The position numbers and the translations under genes were made by a program. Shown here piece by piece: positions 36,314 to 50,838 of a stretch of 64,000 nucleotides of DNA; position 1 is the first letter of the stretch; every line of letters begins with the position of its first letter. Source of the DNA: Hydrolagus colliei (taxonomy: Eukaryota); assembly GCA_035084275.1 (NCBI GenBank), contig CM068751.1, positions 8,122,001 to 8,186,000 of the forward strand, written 5' to 3'. The notes under the pieces are model-generated. The model was given only the letters and a program-made list of their open reading frames with translations, searched no databases and had not been told where the DNA came from.

Positions 36314-37472
36314 CAAGCAGTTGATTTGTATGTACTGATTCTATTCTCTGGGCCCAATGAATTATCATTTGCTTAAGCTCCAATGGTTTAGGAAACAACC
36401 AATAGCATTTTAAAAAAAAAAAACGCATTTAGATAAAGTTCCTCAGTGGAAACCAACTCAGTGTCTCCGGTTGTCATAATGATTTGGCTTTCAAGACATG
36501 TTTTGCGCCTAACTCCATGAACACAAAGAGAGCTGAAAACGTGAGAGGGTTGCACTTGCTGTCATATCAATCAGAAACGAACAGAAAAAAAATTAAAACG
36601 TGCTTTTAGTCTACGCAGAGAACAAAGTTATTTGGTCTGCAAACACACCTGTCATATTCCTTTTCATTTATGATCTCAATCCACTTGTGAGGATGCTAAA
36701 GAAAGACAGATTGAGTGAAGCTACGAGTTGTCAATTTGGATGCTGGGAAATGCCTAAACAAACCAGCTTATTGATGGGAGTTGAAGAGTCAACCGAGGCG
36801 TGCACACGTGACCTTAAAGTACAAACCGCTATTCATTCATCCCCTCTAACTCTTTCCAAACCTGCAACTGCCTCGAGAGAGAGAGAGAGAGAGAGGCGAC
36901 GTCTCAGGTATTAGCAGCTCAGGATTTACTGTATTTTATGGTAGCTTTCAGAGAACATTTCTCTCCCTTTACGTGCATATTTTTGGCTTTGCGGGTAACG
37001 TTGCTGAGTTGCTTCTGATGTTTCCGCTGAAGGAATGGGACTGTGTTTTGCTGATCATTTTCCCCCCCTTAAGTTTCCACGCCATCGTTGATTTTGTGGC
37101 TTCTCTTGAGTGACTGCTCACATTCGAATCCAGCTCCTTCTCTGGTAATCAGGAGTCTTTCCCTTTGTAATCTAAATCAAAAAAGCAACAATGCCTCATG
37201 GGCCCTCAGTATTGTGCATATTTATAGCATCCCAAACCTTATTTGCATATCATTAAGTGGGTATTTGCATCTGAAAGCTGATTGGCGTCTGTGAGCTTAT
37301 AGCCGACTGGATCAGGAAAAACACCAGACTTCTACACATGTGCAAACTACACACAACTTCAAGTCCACAACCACAGCTGCAAGACCTGCAAGAGGATAAT
37401 CAGCTCCAAATGTACTCTACAGTCGTTCATTCGTAAAACCAGACTAACATTACATGTGCCAAACTGATCTTG

Positions 37473-37790
37473 TAGTAATAATCCTTGCATTTGATATAGC
37501 GCTTTTCAAATCTTCTAGACGTCTCAAAGCGCTTCACAGAATATATACCATAAAGTGAATTGACTGTATATGTTTGTGGGCGAAACGCGGCAGCCAATTG
37601 CGCACAGCAGGTGCCCCACAAACAGTCGTGGGTTGAAATGATCAGTTTTATGTTTTTTTTGGATGGATTATTATGAGGTGTGAGGAGAAAGGAAACTTGC
37701 CCAAGGTTACACCCTGATCTGCCTGGATTCGAAACACAGGTGTCACGCTTGTAAGGCGAGTGCTCTAACCACTGAGCTACAGGACTCCAC
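37473..37790 (-). mobile_element. Full-length young SINE
   Basis: Very close to consensus, CpGs largely retained. Confidence 0.95.
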
Positions 37791-37852
37791 ATGTCACACT
37801 ATTGACAACACAGGAACAAGCTCAGTTCAATACAATTTACGTTTACAATAGT

Positions 37853-38202
37853 ATTAATAATAATATTAATCCTTTCCTTTGATACAGTGTCTTATCGTAT
37901 CATTGAAGCATCTCTCAGTGTTTCTCAGGTACATTCTAAAGTGGATTGACTGTGTACTTTGTGGGCATAAATACAGCGCCTTTCATGTCGGGAGGACGTC
38001 TCAAAGCGCTTAACAATGTTGAGTGAGCACTCGAGCTGGAGGTAATAGCTGAGAGGGAGAGGGGATGGGGGGGATCGATGAACAAAAGCACATGTTCAAA
38101 CAAAGCTCACTTTTATAATAAAAGCTTTGTTTCTCTGCGGCGATCCGAGATGTGTCGACAATGCAACAATACGGCGTTCTATCAAATGCAAGGATCATTA
38201 TT
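37853..38202. mobile_element. Cluster of SINE and L2 tail fragments in both orientations
   Basis: Minus SINE tail 37853-37968, minus L2 tail about 37972-38070, plus tail about 38120-38202. Confidence 0.65.
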
Positions 38203-41086
38203 GCACTTTTGTGAAGGATCACATCGAAAAGTTAAATTGTCTTTCTTTCCTGTTCAGTTCCTTGCCAGACCTGTTCCTAGCAGTTTATGATTCTATTTGA
38301 GATTTTCAGCGCTATTTGTTTCATCTAAGCTCACTTATTCTTGCATATTTTATTGGGTACTTGCACGTTGTGGTGTTTCAAAACAACATTTGTGTTATCT
38401 TTCTGTAAGCCTGACGATGTGAATGCTATACTTGAATGCCATTGCTATTGCCTCTATCTAAAAGTAGCAGAGGATGAAGTTTGTCCTGTTGATGCGAAGT
38501 GGACAACAGAATTAATTTGGTACGAACGCATCTACTTGATAGCTTCAGGATTTACTTGGACAAGCACTTACAAGGTTACAAACATTTAAAAAAAATTTAT
38601 ATAAATTATACAAAGAGTCAATCCTTTAGAGTCAATCCATCCAATACAAAACTACTATAAGTTATAATTAGGGCTGTAAGTGCCTTTTAAAGAGTCTAAT
38701 TCAATGGATATGTTTTAAGCTTCCTCCTTAGCTAGGGATCAACACATCTGTTTTTCAGCCGCCAGAGTTTAAACATCTGACAATAGTCAGAAAAGCAAAT
38801 AACCTCTGACTTGGAGGGTGGCAGAAAGACGTATCTGCAGTTACAATCACTTAAACAAAAGCAGCGTTTGAATGTTGCTTTGTCATTTTCATTACTTAAA
38901 TCAGTTCTTAAAATTCCTTCTGAATGCATGTATCTGCTTAACATGCATTTTGTTCACAGAACACATTATAGAAAATCAGCTAAAAATGGACATAGTCTAT
39001 GAGAAACATAGGTTTCACACATATTTTATTAAAACTTAAATATAGGTCTGTGCCAGTGAAAATTAATCTCATAATATTATATATTTAAATATGTTCCACA
39101 ATATAGCGATGTGGGGCAAGGCTCTGTCTCTTTCCATTACCATCTCTCTTCTTCTCTAGGGCAGCTACAGAATAATTTTTCCACATAGCTTACCACACCA
39201 TTCACATCAGTATACTCCCTCTGCACACACGTTATAAGGAGAGAAATTCCACCTGGATCTAGATTTACTCTATTTATGTAGCATATCAAAGCATCCAAGA
39301 ATTTGGCAAATTTCTGAATTCACTCTCAACTTTGAAGCCAGTGTTCTCCAGCCCTTAAAGCAACTCACAGAAAAATGCCATGTTTCAGAGTTTGCCTAAT
39401 TCCGAACACACTCTGAAATGCTACATAAATACAGTATATTTAGAAGCAGGTGAAATCTCTCCCAGATTCTGTTTCATTTTCCTTTCCTCCCTCAAACTTG
39501 CTCCCATAGGACTACACTATCATTTGCTGGCACTCTCTGACTTTCATTCACTTTTCATTCAGTGACTGACTCACTGCTTTCCTTAACTATCGTTCTATTG
39601 ATATCACTCCTCCATTTATCATAACTAATAAACTGCTAAGTTTAATTGTGTTCAGTATTATGGCAGCCAGTAATCCCTGTGGCAGATGCAATGTTGGACA
39701 GTTTGGCCATCGATCCTTTTAAGTCTCCTAAACATGGCATAGAAATACTTGTTTTATCATCATTAAAAATCAAGCAGCAAGCTGTAGTTGTATGTGTTAA
39801 ATGTAAATTTGAACTAAAAAAAAGATAATGCAGTAAAGTAGTAATAATTAGTCGATATTAATCAGTTGTTGAAACCCAACTATGATTATATTTTAAAACA
39901 GACTTGACGTCCATCTTAGTGGAATTTCACAAAATACTGAATAAATGTTTCTTCATGATATACTGTTCTGTAGTTCCCAATATCAACTAGTTGGATAGTA
40001 CATGAAGCAATTTAGAATCAAATAGGCTATTCATTTTTGTCTGTAGAACCCTATACTTTGCTATAGGATGATATAAAGAAAGTCAAAGGTGAATTTTGTT
40101 CAAGATCCATGACCCAAGGTCTTCAGAAATCTCCATATCAAAGCAACAAAATCTACAGAGACAAAAATACTAAACTGCATTAGTTTCACTGCAGGCTATT
40201 GCTTTTTTGATATTTCAAACACTGTTAACACTGCTAAACAGAAGAAAATCTTTCAAAGATTTTCAATCATTTGGTTAAATAGTTCAATGAGTATTAGCTG
40301 TCTTTTTTTTCTGCATCTATTTTAACCATAACTGAGGCATATATTTCCCTGAGGTTCACGTTTGCCTTTTACTTTTGGGCACCTTTATAGAAGCCTCAAA
40401 AATATGTTTGTTAAATCTACATTCATTTGACAGAATCGACACGTTTATTATTACAAAATGTTGCCATGTTTTCAAGCTGTGAATATACCCAGCACTGCAT
40501 ACAACCAGGTACAAACCACTTTCAAAATTTCTACCGACAACAGCTCGGACTATTAAAAATACACAGATGCACCACAGTATAGATCTCTCACGGTGTGGAT
40601 GGAAACAGATAATGCATATTGAATGACAGAGTCTTCAGATTACTAAATTAGGAAAACCTCAGTAAAAGGGCTGTGTGCCTGTAAATCAATGTGACGGATC
40701 ACTTTCACAGTAAGATGGATTGGATAAACATGCGCTGCATAACAGTGGTTAACTATTAAAAGTATTAGCATAAAGCTATCTCGTTTTTAAAAATTCCTCA
40801 GTGAGCAAACACTTTGATGCATGTAATTAACTCTTACCTTGCTGAATAAACAGAAATTACAGCTTTGTATTTTTGTAAAATGCCGGTGTGCTGACGTCTC
40901 GCCTGGAGTCAGTGTTTTTCCTTGTGTAGTGACCCAGAGGAGAGTCATACCAGATTCATGAGCACTTTCAGCTGTTGGCCTCCTTTTCGACAGTCAAAAT
41001 GCACCTCAAACATCCGCTTGCATCACAGGACGTGCTTGGTAAAGGTATTTTTCCTAATGAGAAAAACATTCTCCATAATAATACTG

Positions 41087-41297
41087 TAATAATAATAATA
41101 ATCCTTGCGTTTGATACAGCACTTTTCACGTCTTCTAGACATCTCAAAGCACTTCACAGAATACACTATAAAGTGAATTGACTGTATATTTGTGGGCGAA
41201 ATGCAGCAGCCAATTCCGCACAGCAGTGTCCCACAAATAGTCGTGGATTGAAATTACCAATTTTATTATTGCGTTTTTTTGGAGGGATTATTATTAT
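41087..41297 (-). mobile_element. 5'-truncated SINE
   Basis: Consensus match. Confidence 0.9.
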
Positions 41298-41933
41298 TAT
41301 AACTTCACTTGACCCCTATTAAGTGACATCCATTCATATCTTTCTACTTATGCATTGAAACCCTGACTCTCGTCCTGTGACAAAATGTGGAAATTGTACG
41401 GCATTGGATAAGGTCAGTAATAAATGACAGGATTTATTTTTTTTAATGAAAAATTGAACCGAATTACTTGAACCAAATTAAACTTGGATAGGTCAATTTT
41501 AGTGCATCTGCACTGTGGACCTGAGGTTCACTGATAGGCTACTACTGCTGGTCTCTACATATAGCACAGAGACACAGTAGACATCCTGAAATCCCAGTCA
41601 CATTCACAAGAGGTGCAGAACAGCAGTGGTTCTATAATAAAAGGTCTGATTTTATAGAGCCAAATCACAGACATACCAATGTCCGATTGAGCATCCTGTT
41701 AATAGGTGTTGGGGCTATTTATTCCAAATAGCTGAGGTTGCACTAACAATACAATGAAAGCTGTATTTTCGGGATCCTGCATAAATCAGACCTTTTTAAT
41801 ATGCAACATTTAGCCTCCTTGTATTTCATTTTCTCTCTTTATCCACTCCAATATCCTTGCTACTTGGAAACCCTTCAAGACCATTGAATTTTGCAACTAC
41901 TGGTGCTATGGAGCAATCTACACAATACCATGG

Positions 41934-42229
41934 CTTACAAGGCTTGAGACCTGTGTTCGAATCCAGGCAGGTCAGGGCAAAACCTTGGGCAAGTTTCCTT
42001 ACTCCGCACACCTAATAATAATCCCTCCAAAAATAAACACGATAATAAAATTGGTCATTTCAATCCATGACTGTTTGTGGGACGCTGCTGTGTGCAATTG
42101 GCTGCCGCGCTTTGCCCATAAACATACAGTTAATTCACTTTACAGTATATTCTGTGAAGCACTTTGAGACGTCTAGAAGACGTGAAAAGCGCGATATCAA
42201 ATGCAAGGATTATTATTATTTTTATTATT
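41934..42229 (+). mobile_element. SINE lacking the first ~35 nt
   Basis: Consensus match from the anticodon-like loop to the (ATT)n tail. Confidence 0.9.
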
Positions 42230-42951
42230 ACCAGAGTTACCTGACCCAAAAAAGAAATCATCATTAGGTAGGTACACTGCCAGCTACAGCCAGCTAGGAT
42301 TTCCACACACAATTGATAAGCTGTTTGGCTCAGAATCATATGAACCCCTCTTTGACAACCATTTCATTCATTGATCTATGGTAATTAACTTAACAGTGTC
42401 TATTGGAGACAAGGTTAAAATGATTGGTTCCCTGTCAATACAGCAAATGCTGCGGTAAAATGAGAAGTACTGTTATATTGAATTCATACCAGGCAGGGTA
42501 AAGGTATTCTTTTACAATGGGAGCGGGGGAAGTGAGTTTCTTCCCCCAGGATACATGCCAAAAACAACCACTTGCGTTTATAAAGCGCTTCATGAAGGAT
42601 AACGTCTCAGAGCATTTTACAATGATGGGGTTGGATGCTGAGAAAGGGGAGAAGTAACCATTGGCATAGCCAAAGTTGAAGGTTTTTAGGCTGGACTTAA
42701 AAACAGATAGTGAGGGGTGAGGCAGAGTGATATCCCCAGGTGAGGAGTTGCGGGGGGAGGTGCGGGGGTGGTGGAATGGGGAGAGGAGGGGGTGCGGTAG
42801 CAGGCCTGAGGTTGAGAAGCAGAGGAACTTGGTTTCTAATTAAATCATAAATTGTGATCATATCAATAGCAACCACTTGCATTTATATATAACGCTTTTC
42901 ATGCTGGTTCTATATACACTATAACTAAAATTAGCTCAGTGACAGATACAG

Positions 42952-43136
42952 ACAATGATAAAAATTGGTTACTTTCAATCCACGACTGTTTGTGGGACAA
43001 TGCTGTGCGCAATTGGCTGCTGCGTTTTGCCCACAAATATATAGTCAATTCACTTTACAGTGTATTCTGTGAAGCGCTTTGAGACGTCAAGAAGATGTGA
43101 AAAGCGCAATATCAAATGCAAGGATTATTATATTAT
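42952..43136 (+). mobile_element. SINE 3' half
   Basis: Consensus match. Confidence 0.9.
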
Positions 43137-44323
43137 AATTTTAGCAGCAATTGGGTAGTTAAACACACATACACACACACACACATACACACATACACCC
43201 ACACATGTTCAAACTGTCTTTCCTGACCTGTTATGTTGTGCAACAATCAGACAGAAGTGGACATTCTCTCCAGCAGAGTTTGTCCTGGTTGGAGCCTGGG
43301 GTAAAAGAGAAAGATGAAAGGAGAAGTTGAGATTTGGATTTGCCTGTGCAATGACAGCTGCATATTAATCTAAAGAATTTCTGACGAATCAAAAAGACTT
43401 TTTTTTTTGCACAAAATATACCCCTGGAGCTTTAATCGTATAGCAGGGGAATCAACTTGAAACTGTCTGATTTCTTTGAAACAGTGGCAAGTGGTAGATG
43501 CCTTTTGGTTTTTAAATACTGCTGGAGAAATTGTTCCATATTGTGTTAAATAAACCCAAACTCTTATAACAGCTTCAATCTCATTACGAAAATGTGATGA
43601 TCAGTCGAACATAAATGAGGAGAATTCCGGGATCAATTCACGTGAGTGATTATTAAAGTGCGCCGAATGAAAGCAATTAATTGCTACATATTAACTTCCA
43701 ACAAAAATAGAATTATTTGTTCCAATTAAAAGCATGTTGGTGTCAAGCTTGTTTTGGTTGAAACAATGAAATATTGATGCTCTGCAAGTGGTAACTGCTT
43801 TGTATCCAAGAGCAAGCAGATCAAATCACAGCAAAAAAACTCACACCTCAAATATGATGTTCAACACAAATGCACAGGAAGAGAGACATTCTCAACAGTG
43901 AGTGGAAAGGTAGAATTGTAGCTTCGAGTCTTTCGATGTTAAAGGCGACAATAAAGTTGTACCGTAAGATATTGCAACTTGTTTTGTACCATAAAGCAGC
44001 TATTAATAAATCAATGTACAGTATTTGATGTGGCTTCATAATAATGACCCTTACACTTGATACAGCACCTTCCCTATCTGGAGGTGTATCAGCGCCTGTG
44101 TATTTTGTACACAGCCAATGTACACACAGCTAATGTCCCACAGACAGCCATGAAGTGAATGACCAATTTTATCTGGAAGATGGTTGGCCAAAGCACCAGG
44201 AGAAATCCACTGCACACGTTCCAGTATGGTTGTAATCAATGTGCCAGCATGTTTTAAAGTAGAATAATGAGATGATTAAATCTGTAGGTACTTCAATCAT
44301 TAGCTAAATAATACGCCATCAGT

Positions 44324-44390
44324 GGGGAGGGGGAAGTGGGGGGTGGGGGGGGGGGGGGGAGGGTGGAGGGGGGGGGGGGTGGCGGGGGAG
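44324..44390 (+). repeat. Poly-G low-complexity tract (G-quadruplex potential)
   Basis: More than 8 G-runs in about 65 nt. Confidence 0.8.
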
Positions 44391-46230
44391 AAGAATTAAA
44401 ATGTATTAGTGTTTGGAAATATCAGCAATATGTTCTGGTGTTGCTTTCAATAGACATTTTTTTTAAAAGAAAGATGAAAGCAGACATTTGCAATATTAAT
44501 GCATGTTCTCTCAAATTGAATCCATAGTCTGGGCTGAGAGTCCAGGATTGTCTAGAGTTGAGAGCAGACCTGGATTGTTCAGAAGAGACGTAAATCCAAG
44601 ATGTCTACTGGTCCAGATTCATAACACCATGCAATTATTGTAAGCAAGTCTTGTCCTTTGATCAATGCTGCATCCTGTTGCCTGGATTCATATTTCATCA
44701 GTAGAGAAGGCATTTATTGCCCAATGCACTCTTGACAAAACAGACGGATATCAGTAATTGGAAAACAGTAAATAATGTAATAACACATTTACCAGTAAGA
44801 AAATGAAATAAGCTTGTATATGGAGACATCCATTCTCTTAAGACTGACAACAGCATTGGTATTCAATAATTATTGAATATTGTGTAATAGCATTCTCCAT
44901 TGAGATCTTGAAAGCCTTTCTTGAACACTGAAATTGAAAACAAATATTCAGCTGGATTCTGCCATAGCCTTGGGTGTGTATGCATTTTACCATACGTTAT
45001 GAACTAGAAAAAATGTGCATTTATGTTTGTGAAACTGAATGAAATTATAAATGGCAATCGCCAGCAACTCAATTTTAGGATGGAAGAGAATATGATTGGG
45101 GAGATTAACAGAAGACAGACAGGTTTGATGATGGACCAAACAGAGTACCTGATGGATGGAGGGGAAGAAAAAACACACACAGTTAATATTTCATTTCAAA
45201 TAAAGTCATTTCTATCAAAGGTGAAGTTTTTTTTTTTTTTAAATAGCAGGTGTAAAAGTGGGGAGTTTATTAGTGGGTCAACTTGAGATACTTCTAACTG
45301 AATAAGGGTACAATGCCAAGCAATGAAATAACATCTACCACCTCAACATTGTTGGCACAATCATACCACCATCAATGAAAGACAAGTTGAGAAATGAAAT
45401 GCCTTCAATTGTTTGTTGTGTTAGCAAGGAGTTACTCACAGCACGAGTTCGCTGTAAAACATCTGAATATACAATGAGCAATATCTACCATCAGGTTCTT
45501 TTATAAATCAAAAATAGTAATCAGCATCCTTTCTCCTCACATAACAGCCACTCACATAAGGAGACAGTCTGTACATAATGTAATTCGGTTAATTCTCAAT
45601 TAGGCCACGGCGACCTCTTTCATTTATTACTGCAAACAGACCAAATAAACCGAGGATTTACAATGAAATACTTATCTCAACAATTTTCTGACACACTTCC
45701 TCAAATTAGCCATTACAATCATGTTCGCAAATCTACCACAATAGGGTTACAGCAAAGATGGTTCAGATAAACATTCGCAGGCACGCACAGCCCACTCCTT
45801 GCTGCACAGCTAAATCGCTGTAAGCATGTAGGACCAACCACAGTCATCCGAGACGGTGTACGAAATTAATTGGCAAGAGTGCCAAGAAAAACATTCTAAT
45901 CAGTTGATTTCCTCTCATTAAAAGTTAATTAGTTTGACATAAGCTTCCTGCGTAGGAAAGTATTGGGCTACTTAGTGGTCATTAGGACAGATACAAATAT
46001 CACACAGGGTAAAGTCCATCAGAAATAAAAGATATAAACAGGGAATTATATGCTTTGCCAATAGAACAAAATGCTTTATTTCACATCCGCATTGCATCTG
46101 ATTGCAGAGAAGCCTTATGATCCTATCAAACGTAATTGTTTGAATCTTGTGTTTTATTGCGTGTACGTTCAACCTTTTATTTTTTATGATCTTGTTTCAT
46201 TGCCAGATTTTTAAATTTTATAACTCATCC

Positions 46231-46546
46231 TGGAGTCCTATAGTCCAGTGGTTAGAGCACTTGCCTCGCAAGTGAGAGACCTGGGTTCGATTACCAGCAG
46301 GGTGAAACCTTGGGCAAGTTTCCTTACTCTACATGCCTGAAAATAATTCTTCAAGAAGAAAAAACAAAGATAAATTGGTCACTTCAATCCATGACAGTTT
46401 GTGGATCACTGCTGTGTGCAATTGGCTACCACGTTTCTCCCACAAATATACAGCCAATTCATTTTACAGTATATTCTGTGAAGTGGCTTGAGAGACCTAA
46501 ATGACAAGAGAAGCACTATATCAAATGCAATGATTATTTATTATTA
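46231..46546 (+). mobile_element. Full-length SINE (CTCGCAA head variant)
   Basis: Consensus match. Confidence 0.9.
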
Positions 46547-47029
46547 CCTGTATTTTTAAATATTTGTCTGGGACTAGTTCACATATACACATTATTAAAA
46601 TAGTTCCAACATTCGAGATTATTGCACAACATAATTTACATTTTGGAGCACTTTCACGTCAGGGGGATGTCTCAAAGAGCTTATTTATTAGATCAGTGTG
46701 TGTGTGTGATATTTGTAACTTTGGAAGAGGGAGAGTGGAGCATTGTGAATATTAAAAGCTATAACCCGCACATGACTTGAAGAAATGAGGCAACTCACTC
46801 CCCACTTGTATTATCAATTGAAGTCTCTACTGTTATGTCTGGGAGCTTCCAGATCTCCAACAACTTCTTCCCCTGGAACCAAAGGGCTGATGGAACTGGT
46901 ACGTATCCCCAAGTGCTTTTTAATCAGCAATTGCAGTAGCTTGTGTCAGTCTTTGGTCGTCTTCCAGCATTGATGTCTGAGACAATACCACCAAACATAC
47001 AAGCTCCTGGGACAAATGTAGAAAGGATG

Positions 47030-47323
47030 ATAATAGTAATTATATTAATAACAATAATCCTTGACTTTGATATAGCATTCTTCACGTCTTCTAGACGTCT
47101 CAAAGTGCTTCACGGAATATACTGTAAAGTGCATTGACTGTATATTTGTGGGCAAAATACTGCAGCCAATTGCGCACAGCAGTGTGCAACAAACAGTCGT
47201 GGATTAAAATGACCAATTTTATTATCATGTTTTTTTCTTTAGGGATTATTATTAGGCGTGTGGAGTAAGGAAAGGTTTCGCCCTGACCTGCCTGGATTCG
47301 AACATGGGTCTCACGCTTGTAAG
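47030..47323 (-). mobile_element. SINE lacking its 5' end
   Basis: Consensus match. Confidence 0.9.
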
Positions 47324-48047
47324 CCGTGGTACACAAGTTGATTTCTTTCCAGTACAACAAGAACATGTTCTCCATAGAACTCCCCAAATAGTCCCAGTCA
47401 TTTCATAATTTAAAATAGCCTTCAGTTGCCATGTACAATGGCTGCACTCCTTCCATCCTTACCAGAACAATAATACCGTATATGGTTGATCCTAGCAGTT
47501 GTTGTAAAGTGAGTCAACTGGGCGAAATGATAGAGTAAGGTACAGAATTTCGAGCCTGTAATGTTTTCTAACCAACGTAATTTCTTTGTTTATACTTTCG
47601 CCCATCTGTCCCACTTTATTGAATTTCCCTTTCTAAATGAATCATGAAGTTTTAACTTGCACACTAATAACCGTGTTTATGGAAGGAAAATGTCAGTTTA
47701 TTTTTCTTAAATTAAGGGAGAGATTCTTGACCTTCATCCCAGAAAAGCTGTTAGATTAAGTGTTGTAACTTAAGGAATAGCTTAGCAGAAAGCAAAAAAA
47801 AACATTAATTAATATAGGGTGTAAGACAAATAAGAAACAGACACAAAAGTGCACTGCCCAGGAAATGTAAGCGCCCAAAGTGGAATTTAATACAATGATA
47901 GGAAATGGTTATGGAGGAATAGAAAATCTGACTTAATGTGAGCTTTGCTGTTCACAAAACTGTCAGTAGGTTAGAGTTAGGAGTTACTGTGCTTTAAAAT
48001 GAAGCCTGTTACCTAAGCTGTATAGGTTGGTTCAGCTGACAAACATA

Positions 48048-48363
48048 TGGGGTTCTATAGCTCAGTGGTTAGAGCACTCACCTCGCAAGCGAGTGACCTG
48101 CTTTGATTCCAGGCAGGGTGAAACCTTGGACAAGCTTTCTTCCTCCACATGCCTGACAATAATCCCTCAAGAAATAAAACAATTATAAATTGGTCATATC
48201 AATCTACGACTGTTTATGGGACACTGCTGTGCGGAATTGGCTGTCGCATTTCACTCACAAATATACAGTCAATTTACTTTACAGTATATTCTGTGAAGCG
48301 CTTTGAGATGTCTAGCAGACATGAAAAGCACTGTATCAAATGCAAGGGTTATTATTATTATTA
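48048..48363 (+). mobile_element. Full-length SINE (CTCGCAA head variant)
   Basis: Consensus match; followed by a probable minus-strand CR1-type tail (TAAGAACATAA...). Confidence 0.9.
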
Positions 48364-50838
48364 AGAACATAAAAATCGCTATACAAAAGAAGACAAAGAT
48401 CCATCCAGTTCACCTTCCACCATCTGGGCAGTGACATGAATTCCAATAGCTAATATTTGTTTCAATAAAGTGGAGAATTTTATTCCTGATTTTAATCTGG
48501 GAAACGGAACACAATATGGTAAATTCCAATTATTCAAGTAAGACGAGGATATGCACTTTAAATGAGTGACAAATGGGCTGAAAGCGAATAAAGGCTTCGC
48601 ATAATTCAGATATTCAGCCAATTACAATTATTTTTCAGAGTAAAAGCCGAAAGATGTGACATCAAGGATTAATGCAAGGATTAATATTAATAATGTTCAC
48701 AAAGTTTGTCCACAAGAAGGATAGCCAAGTCTACTACCAACAATACTTTTTATCTCCCCTCAACACAAAGCTATCTCAAGCTTTGACCTTATCTTGAGCG
48801 AAAACATACTCGAATAGACAACAACCAAAACATTTGCTCAACAACTACAGATGGTCAGATAACCTTACTTAATATCATTCAATATTAATTTCTAACTGAT
48901 TAATTTGACTATTGGAAGTTTTTGTAAACTACTTTTTTTTTTTAAAAAGTTGTTTTTCTCCTCCAAGCAAGCCCTCTGTTACCGTTACTTGCCCTTGCTA
49001 CATCTGTGGCAAAAACAGCAAGAGGCTTGATGCCAGATGACTGATGTGGTGCCAGTAATAAGTCCTATTAGTTTATGCAATCCCTCTGCCTCTTGGCACT
49101 CATTGTAGCCCAGACTGAAAACTCAGCAGAATAGGAATCAAACCTACATTTGGGCCTCACTCAGTGGTTCTAGATGTAACTGCTCTAAGGCTCAAAACTA
49201 CCCAGAACATGTTTTGATAACAACAAAATTATAGCACGTTTCACGTCAGGAGGACATCCCAAGGCGCTGTTGGGTCACTAACTTATTTCTGTGAGTTGAA
49301 TCAGTTCGACAATTACCCTTTTGATTTTTTAAAGGATTGTCTTGTAAAAAATAGCTGACAAAATAGATAGGCCACAAGTTGACTTCAGGTACATTCAACG
49401 TGGAGTTACAAGATCACAAACCAGTCAGGTTTGAAGATCATCTGAATTGACCATCTTCGTCTGATGGCTGGCGCCTTGGGACGTCCTCCCGACATGAAAA
49501 GGCGCTCTAGAAATGTAATTTTGTTGTTGTTTGTTGTTCTGCCCATCTGATTCCGACCTTGCAGAATACCACAACCACAACATCAAGTTTTTTTTAAAAA
49601 AAATGAGTCTATCAATATTAATTTAAATAAAAGTTTTTAAGCTTATTCCCGAAATACAGTTTACTTTCATTCACGTTTTAGCAGAGCTGTTGATAATTTC
49701 AAACCTAATTTCTCAACACTGGCTTTGGAGGTATTTGTTGTACTTTCCAAGCAAAACAAATCATTGATATGGTTTATTTTACACATCAAACAGAGCGTGT
49801 ATATCTTTTAACGAAGTCACAGCAAGATGTTATGCATTACATTTTTTCCACTAACGTAAAGCACACAATCAGGCCAGCCAGTATTTTGTACTGTACTGGA
49901 TAGCAATAAGCACAATTTGAATGAAATAACAACAAAATAACATTTGTATAACGTCTTTCATAAACAATATGCACAATGAGTTTAAAAGTTACTGGCGAAT
50001 CGCAAAGATATAAAGATACAAAAGTGAAAGTCTTTTGGCCAGATTCTGATGAGTACCTACTAATTATAGTGAAAAAAAACTAACTATTTAACAACTATTG
50101 TTAAGATAATTATTGAACCATTATTCCAAAACAAAACTGAATCGAACTACAAAAAAGTTACTGATAATTTCTTGCCTTTCTCTTTTCCAAAAATCTAATT
50201 TGGGATTACTTCTTTGAACACAAATATTAACAGGCATTGTCCAGTTTACTCGGTTGCTAGCACCTCATAAATAAATAAATTTTAAATGTGGCCCTGTACT
50301 AGGGATGGGATTATGAGGTCAATACACTGGATTCCTTAATGAGCCTTGGATTTGGGGACCCCTTCCAATAACTGTATGTGTGTCTAGCCAATGTTCGCCT
50401 CTGTTCTGATAGAACAACAACAAAATTACATTTATATAGCGCCTTTCACGTCAGGAGGGTGTCCCAAGCCGCTGAACAACCAGTAAGTGTATTCTGCTTG
50501 TCACAAATTATTGCATCACTGTACAGCAATAGTACGATACAATATACTTTTGGAGTAGTGTTCCTGGGAGCCAGCGAGATGTATTTCCTGGTCGCTGAAG
50601 GAGTTGGCATTTATAATGTAGAGTCATTATTAAGGAATGCCATTTGTAGTCATAAGAATTTAGACAATTGATTCAATCATAATGTCCTTTTAAGAATGGA
50701 TTGATCATATATTGCTTTAAAACCTCAAGATTATCGCTGTTATGTAGTGATATTATTTAACTCCGGTATATTCGGGGTGGTTTTAAATTGTTTTGAATCC
50801 ACAAATAATATAATTTGGTCATGGCATTTGATATCTAA

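Noticed and set aside
47519-47604. TGGGCGAAA...TTTCGCCCA mini inverted repeat
   Set aside because: Only 9-bp arms and no target-site duplication; insufficient to call a MITE.
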